64,000 bases of DNA from Octopus sinensis (taxonomy: Eukaryota), in NCBI RefSeq assembly GCF_006345805.1, contig NC_043022.1, positions 11,160,001-11,224,000 on the forward strand, given 5' to 3'. Position 1 is the stretch's first letter. Each line of letters begins with the position of its first letter. The notes beneath the pieces were generated by a model. That model was not told the origin of the DNA. It saw only the letters and a list, made by a program, of their open reading frames with translations, and did no database searches. The translations under genes were made by a program, and so were the position numbers. Of the stretch, positions 13,173 through 25,434 are shown in pieces.

Positions 13173-14364
13173 TATTGGGTTAAGTCATAATTTCCTTTTT
13201 TTAAAGTAAATTGTAACGACACATTTCCAACTTCAGATGTTTAAAATTGAATTGGAAACTACTGTCTTTGAAAGGGACTCATCTGTCATTCATGTTTAAG
13301 CAGTTAAAGGGTGCATATCATAGTTTCATATTAATTTTCTGTCGCCTAAAAGGGATGTGTGAGTTTAAGAATGAAAACAATGCCACAGACACAGCTAAGA
13401 AGATTTGCAGTGCTTTTGGCTAAGATTTCATTACTGAATGGCAAGTGCGAAATTAGTTATCAAAGTTTCGTTCCGGAGATTTGTCACTGAGGAATCAAAC
13501 TTAGACCAGGACGCTTATCAGACTTCGATCAAGATATTTTAAGAGAATTAGTGGAATTCGGTCCTCGTAAGCGTACTCGGGAATTAGCAATTGACCTCTA
13601 CACATCCCAATCCACCATCTGCCACCACTTCGAAAAGGTAGGAAAAGTCAGCAAGCTGGATGTTTGGGTTCCCCATACTCTTAATGAAAAGAATAGGGAG
13701 GATCACATGTCCGCAGTGACAAGCCTTCTTTCAAGACAAAGAAATGGCCCGTTTCGCAATATCATTACAGGCAGCGATTGACAAGGATAAATCTTCACAA
13801 CTTACCCCAAAGGCTGAGCTCCACGGAAAGAAGGTAATGTTGTGTATCTGGTAAGATCACCGCGGTATTATTCATTTTGAGTTTTTAAAGCGCAATCAAA
13901 CACTAAATGCCGACCTATACTCTCAAAAGCTGAAACGTATGCATGAAAATCTTTTAAGAAAACGCCCAGCGATCATCAATAGTAGAGACGTGGTGCTTTT
14001 CATTGATAATGCAAGACCACATTGTCATGGAGAAGGATGGATTTGGGCAGGTCTGTTGTACCCCATCAACCATATTCACTAGACTTTGCACCAGCTAATT
14101 TCCATCGTTTTCGCTGTCTACAAAATGTTCTGATGGGGAAAAGATGTTTTCAAGAAGATCAGGTGAAAACGTATAAGGGAAACTTCATCGTTTCGAAGCC
14201 AGATGAATTTTACTCGAGTAGGATCAAAAAGCTACCTGATAAATAGCAAGAGGTTTTCAAAATAATGGCAAAAATACTGATAATTGAAAAGATTTCTTTG
14301 TAAAATTTTTTTATGAGTAAAGGTGTTTAACAAAATCGAAAATTATTTATAATTCAACCCAATA
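13173..14364 (+). mobile_element. Near full-length degenerate mariner element
   Basis: Inverted termini tattgggtt.../...aacccaata. Broken frames with KLDVWVPHTLNEKN (WVP motif), IITGSD, LFIDNARPH and HQPYSLDFAP (YSPDLAP-like). Confidence 0.9.
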
Positions 14365-14836
14365 GGATAGGAAATTCTTTCTTTTTTATGTTTATATTGT
14401 TATTTTTTTTGCGATTTGGAAATTCTGATTATATATCTGATTACACAAAACGAAATCGTGGATGGTAGGAAATTAAATCAGAGGAGGTGAATAACATTAC
14501 CTTAATACAGAAATTGAAAATCAGACTGAAATTCAGTTTGATTTAACGAACCTACAGGCACATATTCGTGCTAAACAACTTCCAACAGTTGCACATACGT
14601 CGATATTACAAAATATTAGATCAAGATGTTTGGTATCCTACATTCTCTACACTTAAGCCATTAAAATATGTATTTATTCTTAGCGTGAGTCATTTATTCA
14701 GAAACAATCGCACGTGTAGATGGTCATCGTGCTTCTATAATAGAGAACACACCACTAAGATAAAATTAGGTCATGAAGAACTGTAGGCGGAGATACACAC
14801 ATATACACATATATATACATGTGAATATGCATACTT

Positions 14837-14872
<36 letters not shown>

Positions 14873-15163
14873 CATATACACATATATACATATACACACA
14901 CATCTCTCTGTCCTTACGTAAAGTGTGTCTACGTGATTGCAAACTTAGATCCGTACCTATATCTGACTTTATATCTTCAAAGTTTCTTCATCTGTCTTCA
15001 ACTCCCCTATACACTCACACATATGTATACACATATATATACACATGTATGTATGTTCATAAAGGTAAACAGATTGATAGACAGATCGATCAACATATCT
15101 ATTTGAGATGTTAAAAAATTAAGAGCGAGATACTATTACAATGGAACAGATTATGTATGTATG

Positions 15164-15195
<32 letters not shown>

Positions 15196-16214
15196 CATAC
15201 TTGATGGTGAAAATAACGTGTGCGCGCAAGCCTAATTTTCATGCATTCGAAAGGAAGAGAACATAGAATACATTCACATAAATAAATACATTAAAAAATC
15301 TGTTTGTTACATCTGGAAAACATTATTTTATCAAAACAGCTATGGCTAATGGGTGGGGACAATTTTGAGATCGTATTTTTAGCGACTTGTGCAAGATGGC
15401 ATTTCTTGATGCTGTTGTCGTTGACAATAGATTGGGATGCTGTTTTCTAGTTAATAATGTTTTACTAGTTTCAGTTTGTCAAGATGGGATGCTAGTTTCT
15501 ACTTGGTATTCTTAGGGCAATGTTAGGGCAACAAACTGAAAAGGACTTTAGTCCCCGACCATACTGATTTCAGCACTTATTTAAGTTCTGGGACTTATTT
15601 TATCGCCATTTATTAAATGGTTAACTACTGTTTGACGTACAATACAGGCTATTCTTTTACGCTGATATAAAATATAGAGGAAAAAACGGATCCTCCGTTA
15701 ATTTCGACGGTGAAGATTCTAAATACTTGATGAATTGAACTATTAATTCATTGTATTGGGTGTGTAAGTCACTGAGCATTCCAGAAATTAATTTTCCAGC
15801 CGAATCATATAAAAGCTTATGGTAAAAGTTTTTTAAGAACAATAAATTACAGTAATGAGGCATTGTTTAACTGTTTAACTACATAGTCAACTTAATGCAA
15901 TAAATATAATTGACTAACTGTTGGTCATGTTCAAATTCTAGTCGAAACTTTCAGAACTGACGGAATTCTTAGAAAAGAACAGTATAGCCGATTAAACTTA
16001 CCCAAGTGTATCGCAAGGAAAATGTATCCCTGCAGGAAGAAAGCTAAATTCAATGATCTCCACGAGATATGAATTTCAGACATGGCAACTTGAAAAATTT
16101 AGTTTGAAAATCTTGCATTTCTAGCTAAAATTCCGAGCTCCGTTCTCTTGGATTATTACCTTCACGTAAATAGGAGTGGAGTTGTTTAGTTCTAGATTAA
16201 GTCTCTTACGTTCA

Positions 16215-16955
16215 ACTGGCAGCAGAACGGATTCATACCCAAATCGGTGAGCCGGGGAGTGATGACGCTGCTAAAGAAGAACCCAGAAAAGGGGATCTAG
16301 TGAATAACTTTCGGCCCATCACTCTGCTTAACGCAGAGTTGAAGATTTTGGCCAGGGTATAAGTAAAAAGATTGGCGCGGGTCGCGAGTGGACTCGTCGG
16401 GGAGGTACAAAAATGTACCATCCCTGGCCGGTCCATACACGACAATCTCTGTCTTATACGGTATACCTTAGAGCAGGTTAAAAGAGTACCTGGCAAAGGT
16501 GGGGCTGGTAGCGTGGGTTTCACCTCGTCATTCTATGGAAGGTTGGTAGAGGCCAAGTGTTATGACGCCCTGGGAGAAACCCTGGGCTTCGACGATGGCC
16601 AAGGATTGGTAAACTTCTTTATTTTCTTTCTATGAAGGAAAATGAGGCTAGAGAGGAGGTGCCTGTCATCGGGTACGTATGGTAAAAGGTGGAAGCAAGT
16701 GGTATACATGCTGAGAATGAAAGATCCTGCGTGAGTGTAGACCATAAAAAATAAATCAAAAGGTCCAGTGGGAAAGTGTCTTGCGGGGTCGTAACCGTCC
16801 CCTCCATTTCTTTATACTGTTGCATTGTTTGTTTTTCATTCGTTTTATTAACATAAATTTTTAATTATTCATTTCTATGCATTTCCAAACGCTTCCCAAC
16901 CCCGTGTTCACTTTGTATCGTCTCTATGTTTGGCCCTTGTGGCTTGAATAAAATA
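16215..16955 (+). mobile_element. Tx1/L1-like LINE fragment (RT start, internal deletion, C-terminus and 3' tail)
   Basis: IPKSVSRGVMTLLKK...FRPITLLNAELKILARV...KCTIPGRSIHDNLCLIRY, then KMRLERRCLSS-type C-terminus, T-rich UTR and AATAAA at 16947. Confidence 0.8.
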
Positions 16956-17319
16956 CTTATTCTTAGTGCAAGTTTTGAAGAGTCCAGTTCGATTTTAACA
17001 GCTATTTTTTAAAAACTATAATACAAGTGACAAAGGAGCATATTCGGCATATTTGCTTTATGAGTTCAATAAAAGGCAACAACGCAACAGAAAGTGCTAA
17101 GAATATTAATGCAGTATATTGGGAACGGACAATAAGCTTAAGCCACTGTCAACGGTGGTTCCAGAAATTTCGAGCCGGAAACTACAGTTTAGAAGACGAG
17201 CCTCGTCCTGGAAGATCTGTAGAGCTCGATGAGGACGTCCTGCAAATCCTGGAAGAAAATCCTATCGTAACTGTTAAGGAACTAGCAGAAAAGCTTGGAT
17301 TTGGTCATTCAACCATTCA
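16956..17319 (+). mobile_element. Mariner 5' part (UTR plus N-terminal HTH), no TIR seen
   Basis: TKEHIRH...KGNNATESAKNINAVY...CQRWFQKFRAGNYSLEDEPRPGRS...ELAEKLGFGHSTIH. Homologous to 44510-44880. Confidence 0.9.
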
Positions 17320-18295
17320 CCCTCGTGTGAGGGTCTATGGCAGGGAGACAGAGTGGTTTGATGTCACTACCGGTGTTCGACAGGGTTATGCGCTCTCGCC
17401 AACCCTATTCAATTACGCCATCGATTACATTCTCAACACTTCTCTTCAGGACTACCCAGGCGTAGAGGTTGGGAGAGGAGTCGTGGTGACGAACCTGGCC
17501 TACGCAGATGACATCGCGCTCTTGGGCTCTAACCGGGCAGATGTCCAAGATGCTCCCGAAAGGGTGCATGCGGCAGCGGCAGCAGTTCGTCTTCGGATCA
17601 ATGCTGGCAAAACCAAAGTGATAACGTCTCTGGTCGCATCAGATGACTGGCAACCAATCGTTCTCGAGGGCGTGAAGCTGGAGGATGTGGAGTCCTTCGT
17701 CTACCTGGGTTCAACGGTGGTTCCAACGGACCATGGCGCAGCCGAGGTCGAGCGTCGCATAGGTGCTGCCAGATCCGCATTCGTGCGCCTCCAGCGGTGC
17801 CTGTGGGACAGAAGAGAGATCTCCTCGGTGACCAAACGGCGAATCTACCAGGCTGTCGTTCGTACTATCCTCCTCTATGGTTGTGAAACATGGCCTATGA
17901 GGGTAGTCGATGAGATTGAGCTTAAAGCCGGGGAATCCTTCAAATGGCTCTGGGGAAATTTCATAGGCAACAAGAGATCTCTAGAGTTTAGAAATGGAGT
18001 GAAATGTCTTCTAGACTCCTGCGCTGTAATGGGCTGTCGGATGTCACTAAAAGTCCGTTTCCTTGATTCACATCTGGACTTTTTTGCAGAGAACCTTGGA
18101 GCAGTGTCTGATGAGCAAGGGGAACGCTTTCATCAAGATACTGCATCGATGGCACAACGATATCAAAGATTTTGGAATGCAGGAATGTTAGCTGACTACT
18201 GTTGGATGTCATACAGGGATGGACCTGAGACAAAATACCATAGAAAGTCCAAATCCCAAAGAGTTAAAGTTGTTATGCATTTGAGTGTATTCTAA
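17027..18295 (+). pseudogene. 422-codon chimeric open frame: mariner HTH + RTE RT + Chapaev-like C-terminus
   Basis: No stop across two junctions (about 17320 and 17912). The ancestral ATG appears as ATA at 17021 when compared with the 44.5-kb copy. First in-frame ATG at 17060. Confidence 0.6.
17320..17911 (+). mobile_element. RTE-clade LINE reverse transcriptase fragment, well preserved
   Basis: GVRQGYALSPTLFN, LAYADDIALL, INAGKTK, VESFVYLGS, LLYGCETW. GC-rich and stop-free. Confidence 0.9.
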
Positions 18296-18543
18296 CTTAT
18301 TTGTACACAATTTTAATTTTGTACAATAAAAAGCCATGAAATTATCGTATCTTGTATTCAGCATACTTTATATAGACATGCTTTACGTATCCTATAAGAT
18401 AAAACAGCAGATATCATTAACATGAAAATGTGACCTGATAGAGGAAATCGAACTTCAGATTCGTAATCAGCATCAGAAATTAACCCAGTAAAGTCAATCA
18501 GCAACTCTGATGATTAAAAAAAGTTTCATTTTGTTGACCCGTG
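17912..18543 (+). mobile_element. Chapaev/CMC-like DNA transposon 3' part with right terminus
   Basis: SLKVRFLDSHLDFFAENLGAVSDEQGERFHQD...MLADYCW. Ends ttttgttgacccGTG followed by TAA. The family name rests on my recall of these motifs. Confidence 0.65.
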
Positions 18544-19711
18544 TAAGAGAAAAAATGGCAGAAACGGTAATGCGAAGGACAATATCGCCTTCAAAATCAC
18601 AGCCTACCGTATTCAAGAAAGGATATATGGGATGATAATGTAGTTTATACAAACGTACATGCGTAAGTTGCTCCGAATCGGTAGAACCCTGGCCTTTTCG
18701 CCGTCTTTCTACTGAGTCTGCCATCTCACGTCCTTGAATAAAAATTAATGATTTGCATGACCGCATGAACACACATTACTAGGAAAAGAATGTAGTCGAA
18801 TTAATCGACTACATTATTCGCATTTGCTTTTACCGACTCCAAAGCGATGAACTGCATGATGATGATGATGTAGATGAGGAGGATTATGGCTTTTTGTGCT
18901 TTTTTTCTCATTTTTGCACTTTAATTAGGTCCGGTCTGAGAAAGAGTAGTGGAAAGAGAGAGGAAAAGACAGGGAGTACGTTTGTGATGTATTGGCAATA
19001 TATAGTTAATATTGATGGGTAACAGTTTCAACCTGTGTGCCCCATTACCTTGCAACCAGAAACCACGGTCCAGTGGAGATTTGAATTCAACTGTACCATG
19101 TGGTCAATCAAATAATTTCTAGTATTTGTGCAGTGATTTGTTTTATCGACCACGGAGGATAAAAACCAAGATTAGTTCCGGTGGTATGGGAATGTCTAAC
19201 GTAAAGGACTGGAACAAATAGATTTCCACCAATCTACCGCCTTTACAACGTATTTTACTATTTAACAATATTCGAAGTATTTGGTATTTAGCGTTTACTG
19301 AAGCATTTCAAAAACAACCACCGAAGATGCGTGTGAAACACACACACACACATAACGATTGTCAATTCAGATTAAGGAAGTTCGGGAGTTAAATGTTGTT
19401 TAGTCAACCAAGAGATTAACTAGTTAACTATGTGACAGCAGTGAATGTCTATAAACTCCCTTACTCCTATCTACCTTTTTTCTTTTAGCAAAGAAAAAGA
19501 ATGTTAGCAAGGAAACGCAGATATGTTGAGATAGATAAGAAATACAGGAAAAAAATTGCAAATGCAATATCCTATAATTCAAACAAACATCTAAGCTATA
19601 GTAGAAATAAATCCACCACCACAAGCAACTGCTTAGGGGAATATAGATAAAGCGTTAACTTTAGATGCGTGTGAGAAACGGTTAAAACACGACACTGCTT
19701 TGTGTGCGTGC

Positions 19712-19750
<39 letters not shown>

Positions 19751-20090
19751 CGCATGTGTATGTGTACATATATATATATACTTCCTAAAACTAGACACCG
19801 ATATCTAAGCGTTATATAAGCTTAAGACGATTATCTATGACGAAAATTAACAAATATGAATGTAAATTATCTTCACAAACAAGCATAACACATATGTATT
19901 ACATATATTCCCATCATCGGTTGCCAAATAGACATGTATGTGTGTGTGATTGTGCGTACATGCAGGGTGTTTGGGATAAATTTGAAAGCTTACATATAAA
20001 GAAGAGACAAAAAAATCTCATCCAAAATCAAATATGTTTTATAATGTCAAAACATATCAACTCGGTTATGAAAGGGAGATAACAGTTTAT

Positions 20091-20600
20091 TCAAAGTAGC
20101 CCACTTCGTTCCTCACTGTGTCCCTGGGAAGAGCTTCGAAAACTTCCTTGATCTTGGTCACAATCCCGGCCTTGATATTGCAGGCAGAGCGATTGATATC
20201 TTTCTAAACTGCGCCCAGAGAAATTACAAAGCCAGAAGTTAGAGTAAATGAAGTGATAGAAATTCTCCGACAACCACATCTAACTATCAGGAGGTATGGT
20301 AAGGAGCCGAATCCTTCTGCCACACTTGGCCTTCCAGCAACATCTCCAGACACGGATTGACCACAGTCTCCAGCAGTTTCACATAGACATCTGAATTGAA
20401 TTGACGTGCGGCGGTATGACATCACCTTCACTTGATACACATCAAAACCATCATAGCTTTGGGAAACATGATGTTCATGATGCCCGTACAGCATCTTACA
20501 GCCTTCACAGTGTTCATAGAGCGTTGACCAGCAGTCATGTCGGTATTTTGTTACCCGACACGAATGGTCATGATACAAGTAACACTTTTCCCATACTAAA
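20091..20600 (-). mobile_element. Tc1/mariner-superfamily (maT/DD37D-like) transposase C-terminal remnant
   Basis: Frameshifted minus frames resembling EGDV.PPH, QQDSAP.H, WLSENFY.F, and RSACNIKAGIVTKIKEVFEALPRDTV. Confidence 0.7.
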
Positions 20601-20755
20601 ATGACTTCCAGTCCTCCATAACAGCTAACTTTTACTCAACCACATCTTTAATTTTTATACTCTCCAAGTCGTTGATGGTTCACTAATGCATCAAGATGTT
20701 TCCTCAAAAGGAGGTAAAAGGATAGTAAATACACACACCACACACACCACACACT

Positions 20756-20826
<71 letters not shown>

Positions 20827-20995
20827 TATAATATTAATTACATATATATGTATATATATATGTATATATATGTGTATATATATATGTATCATACAATTTA
20901 TATATGTATATATATATATATATATAGAAATTCGGGGTGAGTACTTGATGATTATAAGCACCTGTGTATACCGTTTGGTGGTGTAGGTGGTGGAG

Positions 20996-21504
20996 TAAAT
21001 TGATCAAAATAAAATAAAACATGATGCGAAGGATTCAGCGGTACATATGTTTCGGGCCTTTATTAGACAGATTTATAACAATGCATAATGTATGCTGGGC
21101 CTTCTTCAGCCGCGCACAACAGCTGCTTCCACAAGGACATGTGTTACATTAAACAAAAATTCTTGGTTGGGGATGCAAATCCTCTCATTCACGTACGACA
21201 TAATGCGGCAGCAGTATAGAATTGAAGCGTCCATCTCTTTCTTCTCTCAATGTACATTGAGAGAAGAAAGAGATGACGCTTTAATTCTATACTGCTGCCG
21301 CATTATGTCGTACGTGAATGAGAGGATTTGCATCCCCAACCAAGAATTTTTGATGTAACACATGTCCTTGTGGAAGCTGTTGTGCGCGGCTGAGAAGGCC
21401 ACAGACATACATTATGCATTGTTATAAATCTGTCTAATAAAGGCCCGAAACATATGTACCGCTGAATCCTTCGCATCATGTTTTTATTTTATTTGATCAA
21501 TTTA
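20996..21504. repeat. About 510-bp near-perfect palindrome of a Penelope-like terminal repeat
   Basis: Arms of about 258 and 251 bp around the centre ctctcaatgt|acattgagag at 21253/21254. The arms differ mostly by small indels. Confidence 0.9.
21038..21113 (-). ncRNA. Minimal type I hammerhead-like motif (left palindrome arm)
   Basis: GCGG-CTGAAGA-A-GGCC...GGCC-C-GAAAC-ATAT-GTA-CCGC. The mirror copy at 21386-21462(+) has a 1-nt loss in the CUGA core. Confidence 0.65.
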
Positions 21505-21636
21505 TATATATATATATATGTGTGTATACATATATATGTATATATATATATGTATACATATATATGTGTATATATATTATAGTATATATATATATTGTAT
21601 ACATATATATGTGTTATATATATATATGTATACATA

Positions 21637-21678
<42 letters not shown>

Positions 21679-21723
21679 ATATGTATCACATATATATGTG
21701 TTATATATATATGTATACATATA

Positions 21724-23678
21724 ATGAAAGTGACACCGACACTACTCTCGGATCACAACATGATAGAGCTGACCATGTACGGGCCAAAAGAGCCGGACAT
21801 GCAGCCTACAAGAAACCCTCAGAATCTTTCTAGCTTGAACTACCATAAGGCAAACTGGAAACAAATTGAGAAAGAGATCCTCAAACAAAACTGGACTAAA
21901 TGTCTCTCCTCGCCAGACATCGACGTGAAACTTCACAATTCATGTCTGTAATGCAAGCCATATGCTACAAATGTGTCCCAGAGAAAGGCCCACTGTACAC
22001 AAGAACAAAATCCCCAGAGAGAGGAAAATTTTAATGAGACGGCGTACAAAATTTTCAAATCGCCTAAACAAACAGATTGAAAGCAGTGAAAAGTCCCGCC
22101 TAAAAATAAAAACTGTTGGAAATTGAAAAATGTCTGCAACTCTCCCATGAAAAGAAAGAGCAGACAAAAAGGCTGGGCTATAGACAACATAAAATCTAAC
22201 CCCAGAGCTTTCTACAGGTATGCCAAAGAAACAGCTACGGTGCACTGTAGAATAGGGCCACTCCTCGAAAAGGATGGCACACTTACAGGAAAACCAATGA
22301 GGGTAAGTGAAATACTGAATGAGCAATTCAAGAGTGTTTTCACTCCACCCTTGGGCATCTCCAAATCACCAATCCAACTGACTTTTTTACCACTGCAGAT
22401 ATAAAATCAGAGGCGGCGACGATAGATTACATCGATATAAAGGAAGACGATGTAATCAAGGCTATAAGATGAAATGAAAACAGACTCAGCTACTGGCCCC
22501 GATGGATTCCCGGCAATCCTCCTAAAGCATGTAAGAGAGTCCTACAAGACCACTGCAGTTCCTCTTTCAGAGCTTCCTTGCAACTGGCAAACTTCCAAGA
22601 AACTGAAGGAAGGTAAAATATGCCCCATTCATAAAGGAGGTAGCAGGCGGAAGCCAAGAACTATAGACCTATCTCTCTGACCTCACACATCAGCAAGGTC
22701 ATGGAACGAATAGTCAGAAGGAAGCTGATCACTTTCCTTCAAGAGAATGACTTGCTGCCGGACACCAACATGGTTTCCGACCAGGGAGAAGCTTTTTTAA
22801 CTCAGCTCCTACAACACTATGACTGGGTGCTGATACGGCTGCTCAACCACTCAAATGTGGAAGTGATATATCTCGACTTTGCAAAGCCTTTGATAAAGTC
22901 GATCATGGAATGATATGTCACAAACTACGTGCGTGATCTCAACATAGTGGGAAAACTGGGAGAATGGCTTCATGACTTTCTGAAAGATAGAAGTCAGGTG
23001 GGTAGTAGCCAATGGGGCCACTTCCATTACACGCAAATAGTGAGGTCGTGTTCCGCAGGGCACTGTTCTGGGACCACTACTGTTCATAATGGCCCTCTCA
23101 GACATGCCCTCAGCCACGCAGAGAGCCACGATCACAAGTTATGCAGATGATACAAAAGTTTCACAGGCAATACAGAACCCTGAGGACACTAAACACCGCA
23201 ATGTGAGCTGGACAAAATATACAAGTGGGCTGAAAAGATAGCATGCATGCAGTTCAATGCTGAAAAGTTTCAAGATCTATACTATCAGCATGCAAAACTA
23301 AATGCAATAACCCAATGAATACACTGGACCCGGAGGAATAGCAATCCCAGAGGCACAATCAGTGCATGACCTAGGTATTTACATGAGGATGACGCGACCT
23401 TTCGGTATATGTTTGCTAAATTGGCAATGAAATGTAGACGACTGGCCGGATGGATCCTCAGAACCTTTAGAACAAGAGAACAAGAACCCATGATGGTCAT
23501 CTGGAGGACACTTGTCCCTAAGCCACTTTGACTACTGCTCTCAGTTATGGTCACCATCCAGTGTCAAGTTGATCACAGAGCTCGAGGCGATCCAACGTAG
23601 CTACACGAAGAAGATAGCCTCTACGCAGAATGTAAGCTACCGGGAAAGACTCAAGAGATTAAAACTGTATTCCCTGGA
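21724..23678 (+). mobile_element. CR1-clade LINE ORF2 (endonuclease end through RT), many frameshifts, cut by the gap
   Basis: [56 protein letters not shown]. Confidence 0.9.
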
Positions 23679-23778
23679 NNNNNNNNNNNNNNNNNNNNNN
23701 NNNNNNNNNNNNNNNNNNNNNNNNNNNNNNNNNNNNNNNNNNNNNNNNNNNNNNNNNNNNNNNNNNNNNNNNNNNNNN
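23679..23778. other. Assembly gap (100 N)
   Basis: Run of N. Confidence 1.
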
Positions 23779-24224
23779 TTCTGATAAAAATTTTAAAAAT
23801 ACAGTAGTACCACTGAAACCCCGGATTTCAACCAAATAGAAAACTGAAAACATGCTGATATTTGTATTCACTAGAGGAAATGCATGAGGAAGAATGCACT
23901 AAAGGAAGAAATTCCAGATAATACGACTATAAAACTTCAATACTTCGTGGACGTAGGTGGTTTGAAAAATTTCCGGTGTCGACTGGTATGTAGTGCATTA
24001 CTGTACGTAGGAAATACATGCCTGAAATCTTCTAGGCAATAAATAAATTTAAGATATTCGTCAAATTATCGATTATTCATTTCATATTTTCATTAATGCA
24101 CTCTTGGAAAGTTTAAAAACAATAGACATTGTATTCTTTTTCAGTCTGAAATGCTATCAAATTAATGAAAGTAATTAACATTGAAACATCAGGATACGAG
24201 TTCTATATTTGAGAGGTGAGGAAG

Positions 24225-24369
24225 TATGTAAATTATTTACATTTGACGGATATTTGTCCTCATCTTGTTGGTTGTTAACAGAACGTTTCGGCTGATATAC
24301 TCTCTCGCTTTCTTCAGGTGTCGGGTAAATTTCGAACCTGGATTCTCATTCTTTAGGAAGTTTTCGATG
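24225..24369 (-). mobile_element. Penelope-like terminal-repeat remnant with degenerate minimal hammerhead
   Basis: Minus strand cac-CTGAAGA-aagc...gcc-GAAAC-GTT at about 24278-24322. Confidence 0.55.
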
Positions 24370-24395
24370 TTATTATTATTATTATTACTATTATT

Positions 24396-25434
24396 CCTTC
24401 TTTCTTCAAATTTTCTTCCGTTTCTCGCCGAGTGTCTTCCGTACACCTAGGGCAGAGAAGCTCATTGTATGCATTCCCAGATTACACACGCAAATTCACA
24501 GGTAAAATATGTATTTAAAAAATTAATAAATAAATTCATGAATGGATGTTGTTTTCACAGTGATAATGCTCTTCTCAGTACATAAGCCGTTCCAGTTAAC
24601 ACGATTTTTTGCACTTCCTGTAGGGATGGTAAGCCTGGTATCATTTTCAAATAGGCTTCAGTACCTTTTTTTATCATTCCTGCAGATCCTACGATCACTG
24701 GTACTGTAGTCGCCTTGAGGATGCCTCATTTTTTCAATTTCTATTAGCAAGTCTTTATATTAACTAATCTTGCCAAATTCTTTCGCCGCTATATTGTGTC
24801 AATTAATAAACACATTCTTTTTGTCTGATCTTTTATGATAATATCCGGTTTATTAGCTTTTATAGTTTTGTCGGTATGTACGGAGAAGTCCCATAGAATC
24901 GACACATTTTCTCACTCAGTCACAGCTTCAGGATGGTGTTTATACCATTTGTCAGCGGTTTTGATTTTATAATGCCGGCATATTGTCCAGTATAAATACT
25001 GGCCGACTCTGTCATGTCTTGCTTTATATTCTACAGGTGCTAAGACTCAACACCCTGAGATTAGGTGGTCTATTGTTTCAATCTCATCGTTACAGAATCG
25101 GCATTTTGGGTCAGCTCCATTTTTTTTATCACATTGGCTTGGTAGTTCCGGGTTAATAAGCTTTGGTCTTGAGCAGCTAATATGAAACCTTCACTCTCCG
25201 CTTTTAGCCCTGAGCTTCGTAACCAGTGGTGCGTGTGTTTCTGGTTGACATCAGCTTGTTTGCTACGGGCCACATACTTGCCATGCAGAGGTTTCTGTTC
25301 CCATCTGCTAGCTAATTTTTCATGCGCTATTGTCTTTGCAATCAATTTTATATTCTTTGCAGCAGCAGTTGGCGCATTTCCTTCAGCGATCAATCTGTTA
25401 AGTATCTATAAGCCTGATCAATCTGGTAGGTATC
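24396..25434 (-). mobile_element. R4/Dong-like non-LTR retrotransposon 3' part (CCHC + restriction-like endonuclease), flanked by (TAA)n
   Basis: WEQKPLHGKY...WLRSSGLKAESEGFILAAQDQ, KCRFC...ETIDHL, ILWDFSVHTDKTIKANKPDIIIKD, TTVPVIVGS. TTA tracts at 24370-24395 and 25435-25466. Confidence 0.85.

Noticed and set aside
14508-14626. Plus-strand exon candidate IENQTEIQFDLTNLQAHIRAKQLP...
   Set aside because: Weak donor (GTATCC), no homology recognised and no partner exons.
15657-15863. Protein-like 68-aa minus ORF as a host exon
   Set aside because: No recognisable domain, weak splice sites, and a length expected by chance.
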